A stretch of DNA of 32,000 nt from Haloferax volcanii DS2 (GTDB taxonomy: Archaea > Halobacteriota > Halobacteria > Halobacteriales > Haloferacaceae): assembly GCF_000025685.1 (NCBI RefSeq), contig NC_013967.1, positions 1,140,001 to 1,172,000 of the forward strand. Reading direction: 5' to 3'. The notes under the pieces were generated by a model. It searched no databases and had not been told where the DNA came from. It saw nothing but the letters and a program-made list of their open reading frames with translations. Numbering within the stretch: position 1 is the stretch's first letter; the number at the start of each line of letters is the position of its first letter. Shown here piece by piece: positions 1 through 6,955 of this stretch. A program made the position numbers and the translations under genes.

Positions 1-447
1 GTCGGGGCTCATCGCGTCGTCGATGCGGGAGTGGAACGCGAGTTCGAAGCCATCGCCGGTGTTCTCGAGGAGGAACGGGTCGGGCGTGCAGACCGCGCCG
101 TAGTCGGCGGCGACCGCCTGGGACTCGTCGCGGAGGTAGGCGGTGTACCCAATCGTGCCGTCCGCGACGAGTTCCTGCATTCGTTCGAAGGAGTCCTCGG
201 GGCGGTCCTCGGCGTCGTTGGGGTTGATGCCGACGACCGCGAGGTCGTCGTAGGCGCTGGCGAGGTGGTTCAGCTCCTCGAACTTCGCCTTCGCGTACGG
301 ACAGTGGTTGCAGGTGAAGACGACGAGGACCGCATCGTAGTCAGCGAACGACGAGAGGGAGTACGTCTCGCCGTCGGTGCCGGGGAGTTCGAAGTCGGGG
401 GCGGCGTCGCCGCGTTCGAGTTCGGAGTCGGATTCGAGCAGTACCAT
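1..447 (-). CDS. Thioredoxin-fold thiol-disulfide oxidoreductase (AhpC/TSA-redoxin family), C-terminus truncated by the window edge
   Basis: Minus-strand ATG at 447..445, and the frame stays open to position 1. My translation is MVLLESDSELERGDAAPDFELPGTDGETYSLSSFADYDAVLVVFTCNHCPYAKAKFEELNHLASAYDDLAVVGINPND..., with the CxxC motif (CNHC) in a redoxin context. The protein is acidic and GC3-rich. It is absent from the ORF track because it is incomplete. Confidence 0.8.
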   Translation of the reverse strand, partial: MVLLESDSELERGDAAPDFELPGTDGETYSLSSFADYDAVLVVFTCNHCPYAKAKFEELNHLASAYDDLAVVGINPNDAEDRPEDSFERMQELVADGTIGYTAYLRDESQAVAADYGAVCTPDPFLLENTGDGFELAFHSRIDDAMSPD

Positions 448-528
448 GTCGCCACGTTGGCCCGCGGACATGAAAAGCGGTTGGCCCGCGGCAGTGCTGC
501 ATCGGCGTCGGCGGCTCCGAGACGCCCC

Positions 529-954
529 TCAGTCGATGGAGACGAGGGCGATTGCGAGGACCGCGAAGCCGATGCCGGCCACCTTGCGAACCGTCAGCGG
601 TTCGCCGAGCGCGACGATGCCGACGACAGACGAGACCGCGAGGAACATCCCGAAGATGGGAGCGACGATAGAGACGGGGCCGAGCGCCAGCGCCCGGTAA
701 TACGAGAGGATGCCGACCGCGAGGCAGGCACCGGCGGCGAGAACGTAGGGCAGTTTCGGGCTGATGACCGAGTCTGTGACGCTCTGCCCGGAGACGACGA
801 TGACCCCGACGGTTCCCACGACGAGCACGCCGTTAGCGACCAGTGCGGCCACGTCGCTCGGGATTTTGGCCTGGCCGGTCGTCGCCACTTTCATCAGCGG
901 CGCGACGAGCGAGTAGGCCCCGAGCGCGACGACCGCCCACGAGAGATAGTTCAC
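529..954 (-). CDS. Small EamA/DMT-superfamily membrane protein (141 aa)
   Basis: Track ORF MNYLSWAVVALGAYSLVAPLMKVA...; about 5 hydrophobic helices; resembles a single EamA domain (SYYRALALGPVSIVAPI). Confidence 0.8.
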   Translation of the reverse strand: MNYLSWAVVALGAYSLVAPLMKVATTGQAKIPSDVAALVANGVLVVGTVGVIVVSGQSVTDSVISPKLPYVLAAGACLAVGILSYYRALALGPVSIVAPIFGMFLAVSSVVGIVALGEPLTVRKVAGIGFAVLAIALVSID

Positions 955-1046
955 GGGTAGAACGCCGCCCCGAGTCGTGTATAGGGTTACGATTCGACCG
1001 CAAGCCGACGGGAGTGAACCGCGATAACACGGTGACGGTTCGATAT

Positions 1047-1067
1047 TACTCGATTTAGAATCGAGTA
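1047..1067. promoter_or_regulatory. Perfect 21 bp palindrome (9 bp arms, 3 bp centre), candidate operator in a divergent intergenic region
   Basis: TACTCGATT-TAG-AATCGAGTA read directly. It lies between the divergent starts at 954 (-) and 1152 (+). Confidence 0.35.
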
Positions 1068-1119
1068 TGTATTCTCTCCGGAGATAGATAAATGAGACTA
1101 GATGGCGCTATCGACCAAA

Positions 1120-1127
1120 TTTTTATC
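1120..1127 (+). promoter_or_regulatory. TATA-like box for the 1152 gene (leaderless)
   Basis: TTTTTATC lies about 25 nt upstream of the ATG at 1152, the typical haloarchaeal TATA-to-start spacing for leaderless mRNAs. Confidence 0.45.
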
Positions 1128-1151
1128 AAGTATTATCGCGTATTGGTGTGT

Positions 1152-1349
1152 ATGTCTCAGGAAGTACAACCCTCAGTCATCGCGTACACGTGGGACGACC
1201 CGACTCGCTGTCCGTTCTGTCTCGACGAACTGGAGAGCGAAGGAGAGGGGTTCATGGACCACCTCGAAGAGAGCCCCATCTGTCAACAGGGGTTCGGCAT
1301 GTGGCGCGATGCGGTCGCCGACGACGTCCGCGGCGAGTGGTCCGGATAG
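1152..1349 (+). CDS. Small acidic zinc-finger-like protein (65 aa; CPFC...H...C)
   Basis: Internal ATG of track ORF 1092..1349, chosen because of the TATA spacing. Sequence MSQEVQPSVIAYTWDDPTRCPFCLDELESEGEGFMDHLEESPICQQGF... is acidic and has a CPxC motif plus a distal His and Cys. Confidence 0.6.
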   Translation: MSQEVQPSVIAYTWDDPTRCPFCLDELESEGEGFMDHLEESPICQQGFGMWRDAVADDVRGEWSG

Positions 1350-1353
1350 GCGG

Positions 1354-1374
1354 CCAAAAATCGGTTGTTTTTCG
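1354..1374. terminator. Bidirectional A5/T5 terminator between convergent genes
   Basis: GGCCAAAAATCGGTTGTTTTTCG gives a T5 run on each strand, directly after the stops at 1349 (+) and 1388 (-). Haloarchaeal termination uses oligo-T. Confidence 0.4.
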
Positions 1375-1387
1375 CGGGGCGGTCGGT

Positions 1388-1789
1388 TCACTCGGGCGCG
1401 ACGCCGAACTGTGACAGCATGGACATGCTGACGGTGCTGTTCCACTCCTCGACGCACAGTCCACCCTCGTAGCGCGCTTCCACGATGCCCCACGTGTCCA
1501 TCTTGCGGTGGGTCGCCGGGATGTCGCCGCGGGCGCTCCGGAGCGTCCCGTCGTGGGTGCCGGTCAGCCGATACCGACCGTAGACGCGGTCGTCCCGCAC
1601 CGTCACGTCGAACAGTTCCACGTGGAAGTCGGAGAAGGCGTCGTGGTACCGCCGCGCCCACTCCTCGACCGCGTCGGTCCCGATGATGCCGTCGGGGTCA
1701 GAGAAGGCGTGGACCTCGACCAGAGGGTCGTACTCCTCTTTGATGACCTCGTACTCGCGTTTGTTCCACAGTTCGTCCGCCACGCGCAT
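1388..1789 (-). CDS. SnoaL-like / NTF2-fold ester cyclase family protein (133 aa)
   Basis: MRVADELWNKREYEVIKEEYDPLVEVHAF...FHVELFDVTVRDDRVYGRYRLTGTHDG...MDTWGIVEARYEGGLCVEEW matches the typical SnoaL polyketide-cyclase-like pattern. Confidence 0.8.
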   Translation of the reverse strand: MRVADELWNKREYEVIKEEYDPLVEVHAFSDPDGIIGTDAVEEWARRYHDAFSDFHVELFDVTVRDDRVYGRYRLTGTHDGTLRSARGDIPATHRKMDTWGIVEARYEGGLCVEEWNSTVSMSMLSQFGVAPE

Positions 1790-1946
1790 GAACGAGTCTC
1801 AGTGCTGTTGTTCTCGCTCGGATGTTGCTGCCATTTCCACCACCGTCCGGAGAGACGCGCGACGCTCGCTTAATTATGAATTGTTGTCATCATGAACGTG
1901 CCCGGAGAAGGGAATCGGGATTCGGGCACCCGCGACCGCGAAGTGT

Positions 1947-1959
1947 CAATAGAATTAAC
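1947..1959 (+). promoter_or_regulatory. TATA-like box for the 1984 small gene
   Basis: CAATAGAATTAAC ends about 24 nt before the ATG at 1984. Confidence 0.4.
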
Positions 1960-1983
1960 ACCGCGGGGGCGGAATCACGGGGC

Positions 1984-2136
1984 ATGTCCGCTGCTGTCTC
2001 GCCGATTGCGGTGGTCGTTCCGGGACTCGTCTTCGGCGGTGCCGGCTTCGCGTTTCTGGGGCCGTTCGGTGCCGGCTTCGGCGCGGTCGTCGGCATCGTG
2101 CTCGGGGTGCTCGTGGGACGAGGAGAGGAGTACTGA
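1984..2136 (+). CDS. Small Gly-rich membrane peptide (50 aa)
   Basis: Internal ATG of track ORF 1822..2136. MSAAVSPIAVVVPGLVFGGAGFAFLGPFGAGFGAVVGIVLGVLVGRGEEY has glycine-zipper-like hydrophobic helices, and a TATA box sits at the correct distance. Confidence 0.45.
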   Translation: MSAAVSPIAVVVPGLVFGGAGFAFLGPFGAGFGAVVGIVLGVLVGRGEEY

Positions 2137-2178
2137 GCGCGACGCCCAGGGGGACCGCCGCGAACGAACGCGCCGCTC

Positions 2179-3426
2179 TCAGTCGCTCGGGGTCGCCTGC
2201 GGCCGTCGCGCCGATCCATCGACCCGGCCGAGGAGCCACCGGGTCAGCCCGAACGACAGCAGGCCGAGGACGGCGACGACGCCGAAGGTGACGCGCACGC
2301 CGGCGAGGTCGATGAGCGCCCCGAACGCCGGGGGCGCGACGGCCCCGCCGAGCGAGATGCCGACGGTGACGACGGCGAAGTTCTTCCCGAGATCGGCGCG
2401 CTCCGAGAGGCGGTCCGCGAGCGTCGACCGCGCGGGCCGGGAGACGCTGATGGTCCCGCTGAAGGGGAGAATCGACGCGACGAGCGCGAGCGGGATCGAC
2501 CCGGTCGCAAGGAGCGCCGCCAGTCCGGCGAGCGCGGCGTACCCGCCGAGGGCGACGGTGCCGGGACCGACCCGGTCGGTGAGCGCGCCGCCGACGAGAA
2601 TCGTCCCCGCGCCGACGACGAGCATCGCCGAGACGAGGAGGTTCGCCGTCCCCGGCGCGAGGCCGTAGCCGGCGGTGAGCAGTTGCGGCGAGTACGTCCG
2701 GATGCACCACGCGGCCGCCGAAGTGAGAAACGAGAGGAGCGCGAGCCCCATCAGCCCCGACGACGAGAGGAGTTCCGACGCGCCCCGCCGAATCCCCGCG
2801 AGCGTGGGGCGCGACGACGGGCGGTCTTCCGCCGCCGGCTTTCGGATTCGCTCGGGGAAGCCGCGGGCGACCGGGAGCGCGACGAGCGCGAACGCCGCGC
2901 CGAAGACGGCGATGCCCGCGACGGTCCAGCGCCAGCCGAACCCGAGCGCGCCGACGCCGGCGGCGATGGCGTACGAGACGGCGAAGCCGAGCGACCCGCC
3001 GAGGGCGTGCAGCGAGTACGCCCGCCCGCGGTTCGTCTCCGAGGAGGCGGTCGCCAAAAGCGGGTAGTGGGCGGGGTGGTGGCCCGCGATGCCGACGCCG
3101 AGAAGCGCCTGCGAGGCGAGGAGCCACGGGTACGAGGGCGCGAGCGCGGTGGCGACGATGCCAGCCGCGCCGAACCCGAGCGAGATGGCGAGGACGAGCG
3201 TCCGGCTTCGCGCGTCGGAGAGGTAGCCGAAGGGGAGTTGCAGGAGCGTCACGACGCCGCCTTGGACGCCGATGGCGAGGCCGACGGCGGCGATGCTCAC
3301 GCCGAAGTCGTCGGCGACGAGGCCGATGACGGGCGCGAGCGCGACCAGATAGGCGTGGTTGACGACGTGCGAGCCGGCGACGAGGCCGACCACGCGGCGC
3401 TCCTGTGTCTCCGTCACACCGGTCAA
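2179..3426 (-). CDS. MFS transporter (about 415 aa)
   Basis: About 12 predicted TM helices; N-terminus GSHVVNHAYLVALAPVIG is typical of a haloarchaeal MFS family. The start is non-ATG: TTG at 3426, with an alternative GTG at 3417. The exact start is uncertain. Confidence 0.85.
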   Translation of the reverse strand: MTGVTETQERRVVGLVAGSHVVNHAYLVALAPVIGLVADDFGVSIAAVGLAIGVQGGVVTLLQLPFGYLSDARSRTLVLAISLGFGAAGIVATALAPSYPWLLASQALLGVGIAGHHPAHYPLLATASSETNRGRAYSLHALGGSLGFAVSYAIAAGVGALGFGWRWTVAGIAVFGAAFALVALPVARGFPERIRKPAAEDRPSSRPTLAGIRRGASELLSSSGLMGLALLSFLTSAAAWCIRTYSPQLLTAGYGLAPGTANLLVSAMLVVGAGTILVGGALTDRVGPGTVALGGYAALAGLAALLATGSIPLALVASILPFSGTISVSRPARSTLADRLSERADLGKNFAVVTVGISLGGAVAPPAFGALIDLAGVRVTFGVVAVLGLLSFGLTRWLLGRVDGSARRPQATPSD

Positions 3427-3499
3427 TGGGAGGTGATTCGTGAAAAGCCCGCGGTCCGCGGCGACGGTGGTCCGGCGCGTGGGTCAGCTGTCACCGCGG

Positions 3500-4399
3500 T
3501 CAGCCGCCACCGCGGCCACCGCGCCGTTCTCCGCCGAACCGCGCGCCGAGCCAGAGGTCGGCGAACGTATCGAAGAACTCCGCGCCGGTGTCGACGAGTT
3601 CGCGCTCGATGCCGAGCGCCTGACACCGCTCGTCGACCGCCGCGAGGTGGCGCTGGAGGCGGTCTGTGTACTGCCGCGCCGCCGACCCGCCGAAGTAGGT
3701 CCGGCGCGTCGCCTCGGACTCGGGGTCCTCGAAGATGGCGTCGCCCGTCGCCTCGGGGTCGAGTTCGTCCGGGGTGAGCACCTGCGCGACGAGCACGTCG
3801 TTTCGCGCGAGCGCGGCGAGGCCGGAAGCCACGTCGTCGGGGTCGAAAAGCAGGTCACTCACGATGATCACGAGCGACCGCGAGTGGATGGTCTCGGCGT
3901 ACGTCGACAGCGCGGCCGTGATGTCGCCGTCGCCTCCGGGCGTCGTCTCGTTGAGCCGTTCGACCAGTCGGAGCACCTCGCCGCGGCTCGACGCGTCGGT
4001 GTCGATGCGGTCGGGCAAATCTCCGAGGAGCGAAAACCGGAAGTCGTTGTTCTCCTCGGCCGTCAGGTGACAGAAGCCGAGGCCGAGCTTCGCGCCGTAC
4101 TCGAACTTGTTCGCGTCGCCCTCGCCGAAGTCCATCGACGCCGAGGCGTCGAGGAGGACGTGGACCGTCAGGTTCCGCTCGGCCTCGAACCGCTTGATGA
4201 ACAGCTCCTCGGTCCGGGCGTACACCTTCCAGTCGATGAGCCGCGGGTCGTCGCCGGCGGCGTACCGGCGGTGGTCGCTGAACGTGAGCCCCTCGCCCAC
4301 GTCCGGCGACTCCTGTTCGCCCTGCCGCCGGGCGTTCGAGACGCGCTTCAGCGAGGTGTCGAAGCGGTCGAGTTCGTCGAGGAAGCCGGGGTCTATCAT
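3500..4399 (-). CDS. DUF58 family protein (vWA-like partner of MoxR), 299 aa
   Basis: GLTFSDHRRYAAGDDPRLIDWKVYARTEELFIKRFEAERNLTVHVLLDASASMDFG is the canonical DUF58 signature. The ATG at 4399 lies 7 nt after the MoxR stop. Confidence 0.9.
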   Translation of the reverse strand: MIDPGFLDELDRFDTSLKRVSNARRQGEQESPDVGEGLTFSDHRRYAAGDDPRLIDWKVYARTEELFIKRFEAERNLTVHVLLDASASMDFGEGDANKFEYGAKLGLGFCHLTAEENNDFRFSLLGDLPDRIDTDASSRGEVLRLVERLNETTPGGDGDITAALSTYAETIHSRSLVIIVSDLLFDPDDVASGLAALARNDVLVAQVLTPDELDPEATGDAIFEDPESEATRRTYFGGSAARQYTDRLQRHLAAVDERCQALGIERELVDTGAEFFDTFADLWLGARFGGERRGGRGGG

Positions 4400-4406
4400 C
4401 GCTCGG

Positions 4407-5423
4407 TCACTCGTTCAACAGCCGTTGAATCACGTCGTCGGGGTCGAGTCCCTCGCGCTCCGCCCGGAAGTCGAGGATGATGCGGTGTCTGATGACCGGC
4501 GGGGCCATCTCGACCACGTCCTCCCACGAGACGTGAGTGCGCCCGTGGACGAACGCCCGCGCCTTCGCGGCGAGCACGAGCGCCATGCTCGCGCGGGGGC
4601 TCGCGCCGAACTCGACCTGCTCGTCCTCGCGAGTGCTGCGGACCAGTTCGATAGTCCGGTTGCGGATGTCGTCGGAGATGGGCACCTGCCGGACGAGTTG
4701 CTGCGCGGCGAGCAGGTGCGTCCGCGGCAGGACGCGCTCGACCTCGGGCGACTCGCCGCCCTCGGCGTACTGCTTGACGATGGTCCGCTCCTCGTCGAAC
4801 TCGGGGTAGTCGACGAGAATCTTCATCAGGAAGCGGTCGGTCTGCGCCTCCGGCAGCGGGTAGGTGCCGCCCTGGTCGATTGGGTTCTGCGTGGCGAGGA
4901 CGAAAAACGGGTCCGGAAGCTCGTAGGTCTCGCCCGCGGCGGTCACCTGCTTTTCCTGCATGGCTTCGAGGAGCGCGGCCTGCGTCTTCGGCGTCGCGCG
5001 GTTTATCTCGTCGGCGAGGACGACGTTGGCGAAGATGGGGCCGCGCTCGAACACGAAGTCGCGGCCCTCCGGCGTCTCGCGGATGATCTCGGTGCCCGTG
5101 ATGTCCGAGGGCATCAGGTCGGGCGTGTTCTGCACGCGCGAGAACCCCAGGTCCGTCGCGTCCGAGAGGGCTCGCACGAGCGTCGTCTTCCCCAGTCCGG
5201 GGTTCGATTCGAGCAGCGCGTTGCCGTCGCAGAGGACGCAGACGAGGAGTCGCTCGACCACGTCGTGCTGGCCGATGATGCGCTTTCCGACCTCGTCTCT
5301 GACCGCGCCGACGCTCGCTTGGAGTTCCTCGATGCTGAGGTCGTCGTCCGTCGGGACCGCGGCGTCGCCGTCGACCGCGGTTCGCTGTCCGTCGTCTCCG
5401 AATCGGTCTGGGTTGTCACTCAT
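4407..5423 (-). CDS. MoxR-family AAA+ ATPase (338 aa)
   Basis: Walker A LLESNPGLGKTTLVRAL, Walker B VLADEINRATPKTQAALLEAMQE, and ATQNPIDQGGTYPLPEAQTDRF match the MoxR (AAA_3) pattern. Confidence 0.95.
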   Translation of the reverse strand: MSDNPDRFGDDGQRTAVDGDAAVPTDDDLSIEELQASVGAVRDEVGKRIIGQHDVVERLLVCVLCDGNALLESNPGLGKTTLVRALSDATDLGFSRVQNTPDLMPSDITGTEIIRETPEGRDFVFERGPIFANVVLADEINRATPKTQAALLEAMQEKQVTAAGETYELPDPFFVLATQNPIDQGGTYPLPEAQTDRFLMKILVDYPEFDEERTIVKQYAEGGESPEVERVLPRTHLLAAQQLVRQVPISDDIRNRTIELVRSTREDEQVEFGASPRASMALVLAAKARAFVHGRTHVSWEDVVEMAPPVIRHRIILDFRAEREGLDPDDVIQRLLNE

Positions 5424-6339
5424 CTTCGTTCTCTCGTATCTCTAAGGTGTAGTCGCGAATCAGGTCGGCCTCTTCGAGCGTGTCGTCGGCGAGATAGCCG
5501 GCGCGCTGGCTCTCGACGGCGCTGTCGCCGCCGTACCCGGTCGAGTCGTAGGCCGCTGCCGCCGACTCCGGTCCGTCGCCGTCGCCGCTGCCGCCGGTTC
5601 CGGCGACGGTGGCGTTCAACTGCTCCGACCCGGCGGCCACGTCCTCGGGGTCACCGAGGATGGAACTGCCGTTTTGAAGCCGCGTCTCGTCGTCGGACGC
5701 GTCGGGGAGGTCGCCCGACGGGGTGGTCTCGCCGGCGAGTCCCTCGAACTGGATGTCCGAGATGGCGACCTGGATGCTCCCCGCCGAGAGGAGCAACGCG
5801 ACGAGCAGCGCGCCGACGATGCGGCGGGTCGGCAGCAGTTCCACCGACGACGACTCCCGAAGGCGGGCCAGCACGTCGTCGTAGAGCGCGACCGACATGC
5901 GCGAGTCGCGGTTCGGGTTCCCGTCGTCGGCGACGAGGTCGCGGGCGGTCCGCAGCGCCTCGGCGACCGACGGGTTCACTTCCTCGAACTGCTCGACCGC
6001 CGGCACCCGCATCAGGATGAGGTACTCCGCGACGCCGACGAGGAGGCCCACCGCGAGGGCGAGCGGGACGCCGACGTGGACCGAGACGGCCGGGTCCACC
6101 CGCGGGAGGAAGCCGAGCGACACCGACGACCGGACGGGGAGTTCGACGACCCGGAACGCGACGTTCGCCAACAGCGTCGCCACCGCGGCGTCGACGACGC
6201 TGGAAACGACGGCGGCCTTCGCGGCCTCCCGGCGAACCTCGCTCACGGCGTCGGCCATCTCCTCGCGGCGAGCGGCTCCCGCGTCGTCGGGCGAACCTCT
6301 CTCGTCTGCGGCGGCGTCGTCGGGGGTCGTTTCAGACAT
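5416..6339 (-). CDS. Uncharacterised 3-TM membrane protein with a long acidic C-terminal region (307 aa)
   Basis: The true start is the ATG at 6339 (MSETTPDDAAADERG...), inside track ORF 5416..6714, whose first 125 residues are Arg/Ser/Thr-rich junk. There are three hydrophobic helices. The start overlaps the upstream stop (ATGTCTGA) and the stop overlaps the MoxR start (ATGAGTGA). Confidence 0.75.
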   Translation of the reverse strand: MSETTPDDAAADERGSPDDAGAARREEMADAVSEVRREAAKAAVVSSVVDAAVATLLANVAFRVVELPVRSSVSLGFLPRVDPAVSVHVGVPLALAVGLLVGVAEYLILMRVPAVEQFEEVNPSVAEALRTARDLVADDGNPNRDSRMSVALYDDVLARLRESSSVELLPTRRIVGALLVALLLSAGSIQVAISDIQFEGLAGETTPSGDLPDASDDETRLQNGSSILGDPEDVAAGSEQLNATVAGTGGSGDGDGPESAAAAYDSTGYGGDSAVESQRAGYLADDTLEEADLIRDYTLEIRENEDE

Positions 6340-6955
6340 CGCTACACACCGCCGGTTGGTTGCCGTCTTGGTAGCCGGCACAGGCTTGCCGGAGTTCGGC
6401 CCGGAGTTCGTCGACCCGGTCTTCGAGGCGGGAGACCTCCGACTGGAGCGAATCAATCTGGTTCTCCAGTCGGTCGTTCGTCGCTTCGAGCTCCTCGTTA
6501 TCCGTTTCGAGGTCGTCAATCTGGTTTTCGAGGCGGTTGCGCTGTTCTTCGAGGTCGTCGAGCGTCGCCGTGAGTTCGCTGATTCGGCTCCGGGCGTCTT
6601 CGAGGTTGCTTTCGGTCTCTTGGAGTTCGTCCCGCGTCGACGACAGCTCGTTTTGCGTCGACGACAGCTGTGACTCCGTGTCTTCGAGGCTGTCGGAGAC
6701 CTGTGACACGTCACCTCGGGTGCGTTCGAGGCTGTCGTTCAGCTCCCGTAGCTCCGTCCGCGTCGCCGACAGGTTCTGTCGGCTTTGCGAAAGGTTCTCT
6801 TCGAGCGCCGCGTTTCGCTCGCGCAACTGCTCGTTCTGTTGGTCGAGCGAATCGACCGAGTACTGGTAGAACATCGTCGCGCCGACGGCACCGGCGGTGA
6901 GGAGGACGACGATGACGACGAGACCGAGGTTCAGGGACCGACCCAGGGCACTCAT
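6332..6955 (-). CDS. N-terminally membrane-anchored coiled-coil protein (207 aa)
   Basis: The TM helix LNLGLVVIVVLLTAGAVGATMF is followed by about 150 aa of heptad-like Glu/Leu/Ser/Asn repeats, then C-terminal CAGYQDGNQPAVC. There is an ATGA overlap with the upstream vWA gene. Confidence 0.8.
   Translation of the reverse strand: MSALGRSLNLGLVVIVVLLTAGAVGATMFYQYSVDSLDQQNEQLRERNAALEENLSQSRQNLSATRTELRELNDSLERTRGDVSQVSDSLEDTESQLSSTQNELSSTRDELQETESNLEDARSRISELTATLDDLEEQRNRLENQIDDLETDNEELEATNDRLENQIDSLQSEVSRLEDRVDELRAELRQACAGYQDGNQPAVCSDV
6634..6669. repeat. Perfect 15 nt direct repeat with 21 nt period inside the coiled-coil gene
   Basis: GCGTCGACGACAGCT occurs at 6634..6648 and again at 6655..6669. 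The copies encode the duplicated heptads LSSTQNE / LSSTRDE. Confidence 0.7.

Noticed and set aside
31-960. 309 aa plus-strand ORF covering the first two genes
   Set aside because: It is an Arg/Gly/Asp-rich low-complexity shadow frame opposite two well-supported minus-strand genes (the redoxin and the EamA protein). This is typical of high-GC genomes, where stops are rare in all frames.
1955-3777. Long ORFs 1955..3127 (-), 1892..2668 (+) and 2683..3777 (+)
   Set aside because: Their composition is extremely Arg/Pro/Ala-rich and basic, unlike the acidic haloarchaeal proteome. They overlap the MFS transporter and DUF58 genes, which have clear family signatures.
4107-6020. 637 aa plus-strand ORF opposite DUF58, MoxR and the 3-TM gene
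   Set aside because: It is an Arg-rich shadow frame with no motifs, and the opposite strand carries an unmistakable MoxR AAA+ ATPase.
6340-6714. N-terminal 125-residue extension of track ORF 5416..6714
   Set aside because: The extension is Arg/Ser/Thr/Lys-rich and lies entirely inside the coiled-coil gene in another frame. The ATG at 6339 gives an acidic N-terminus and a classic overlap with the upstream stop.
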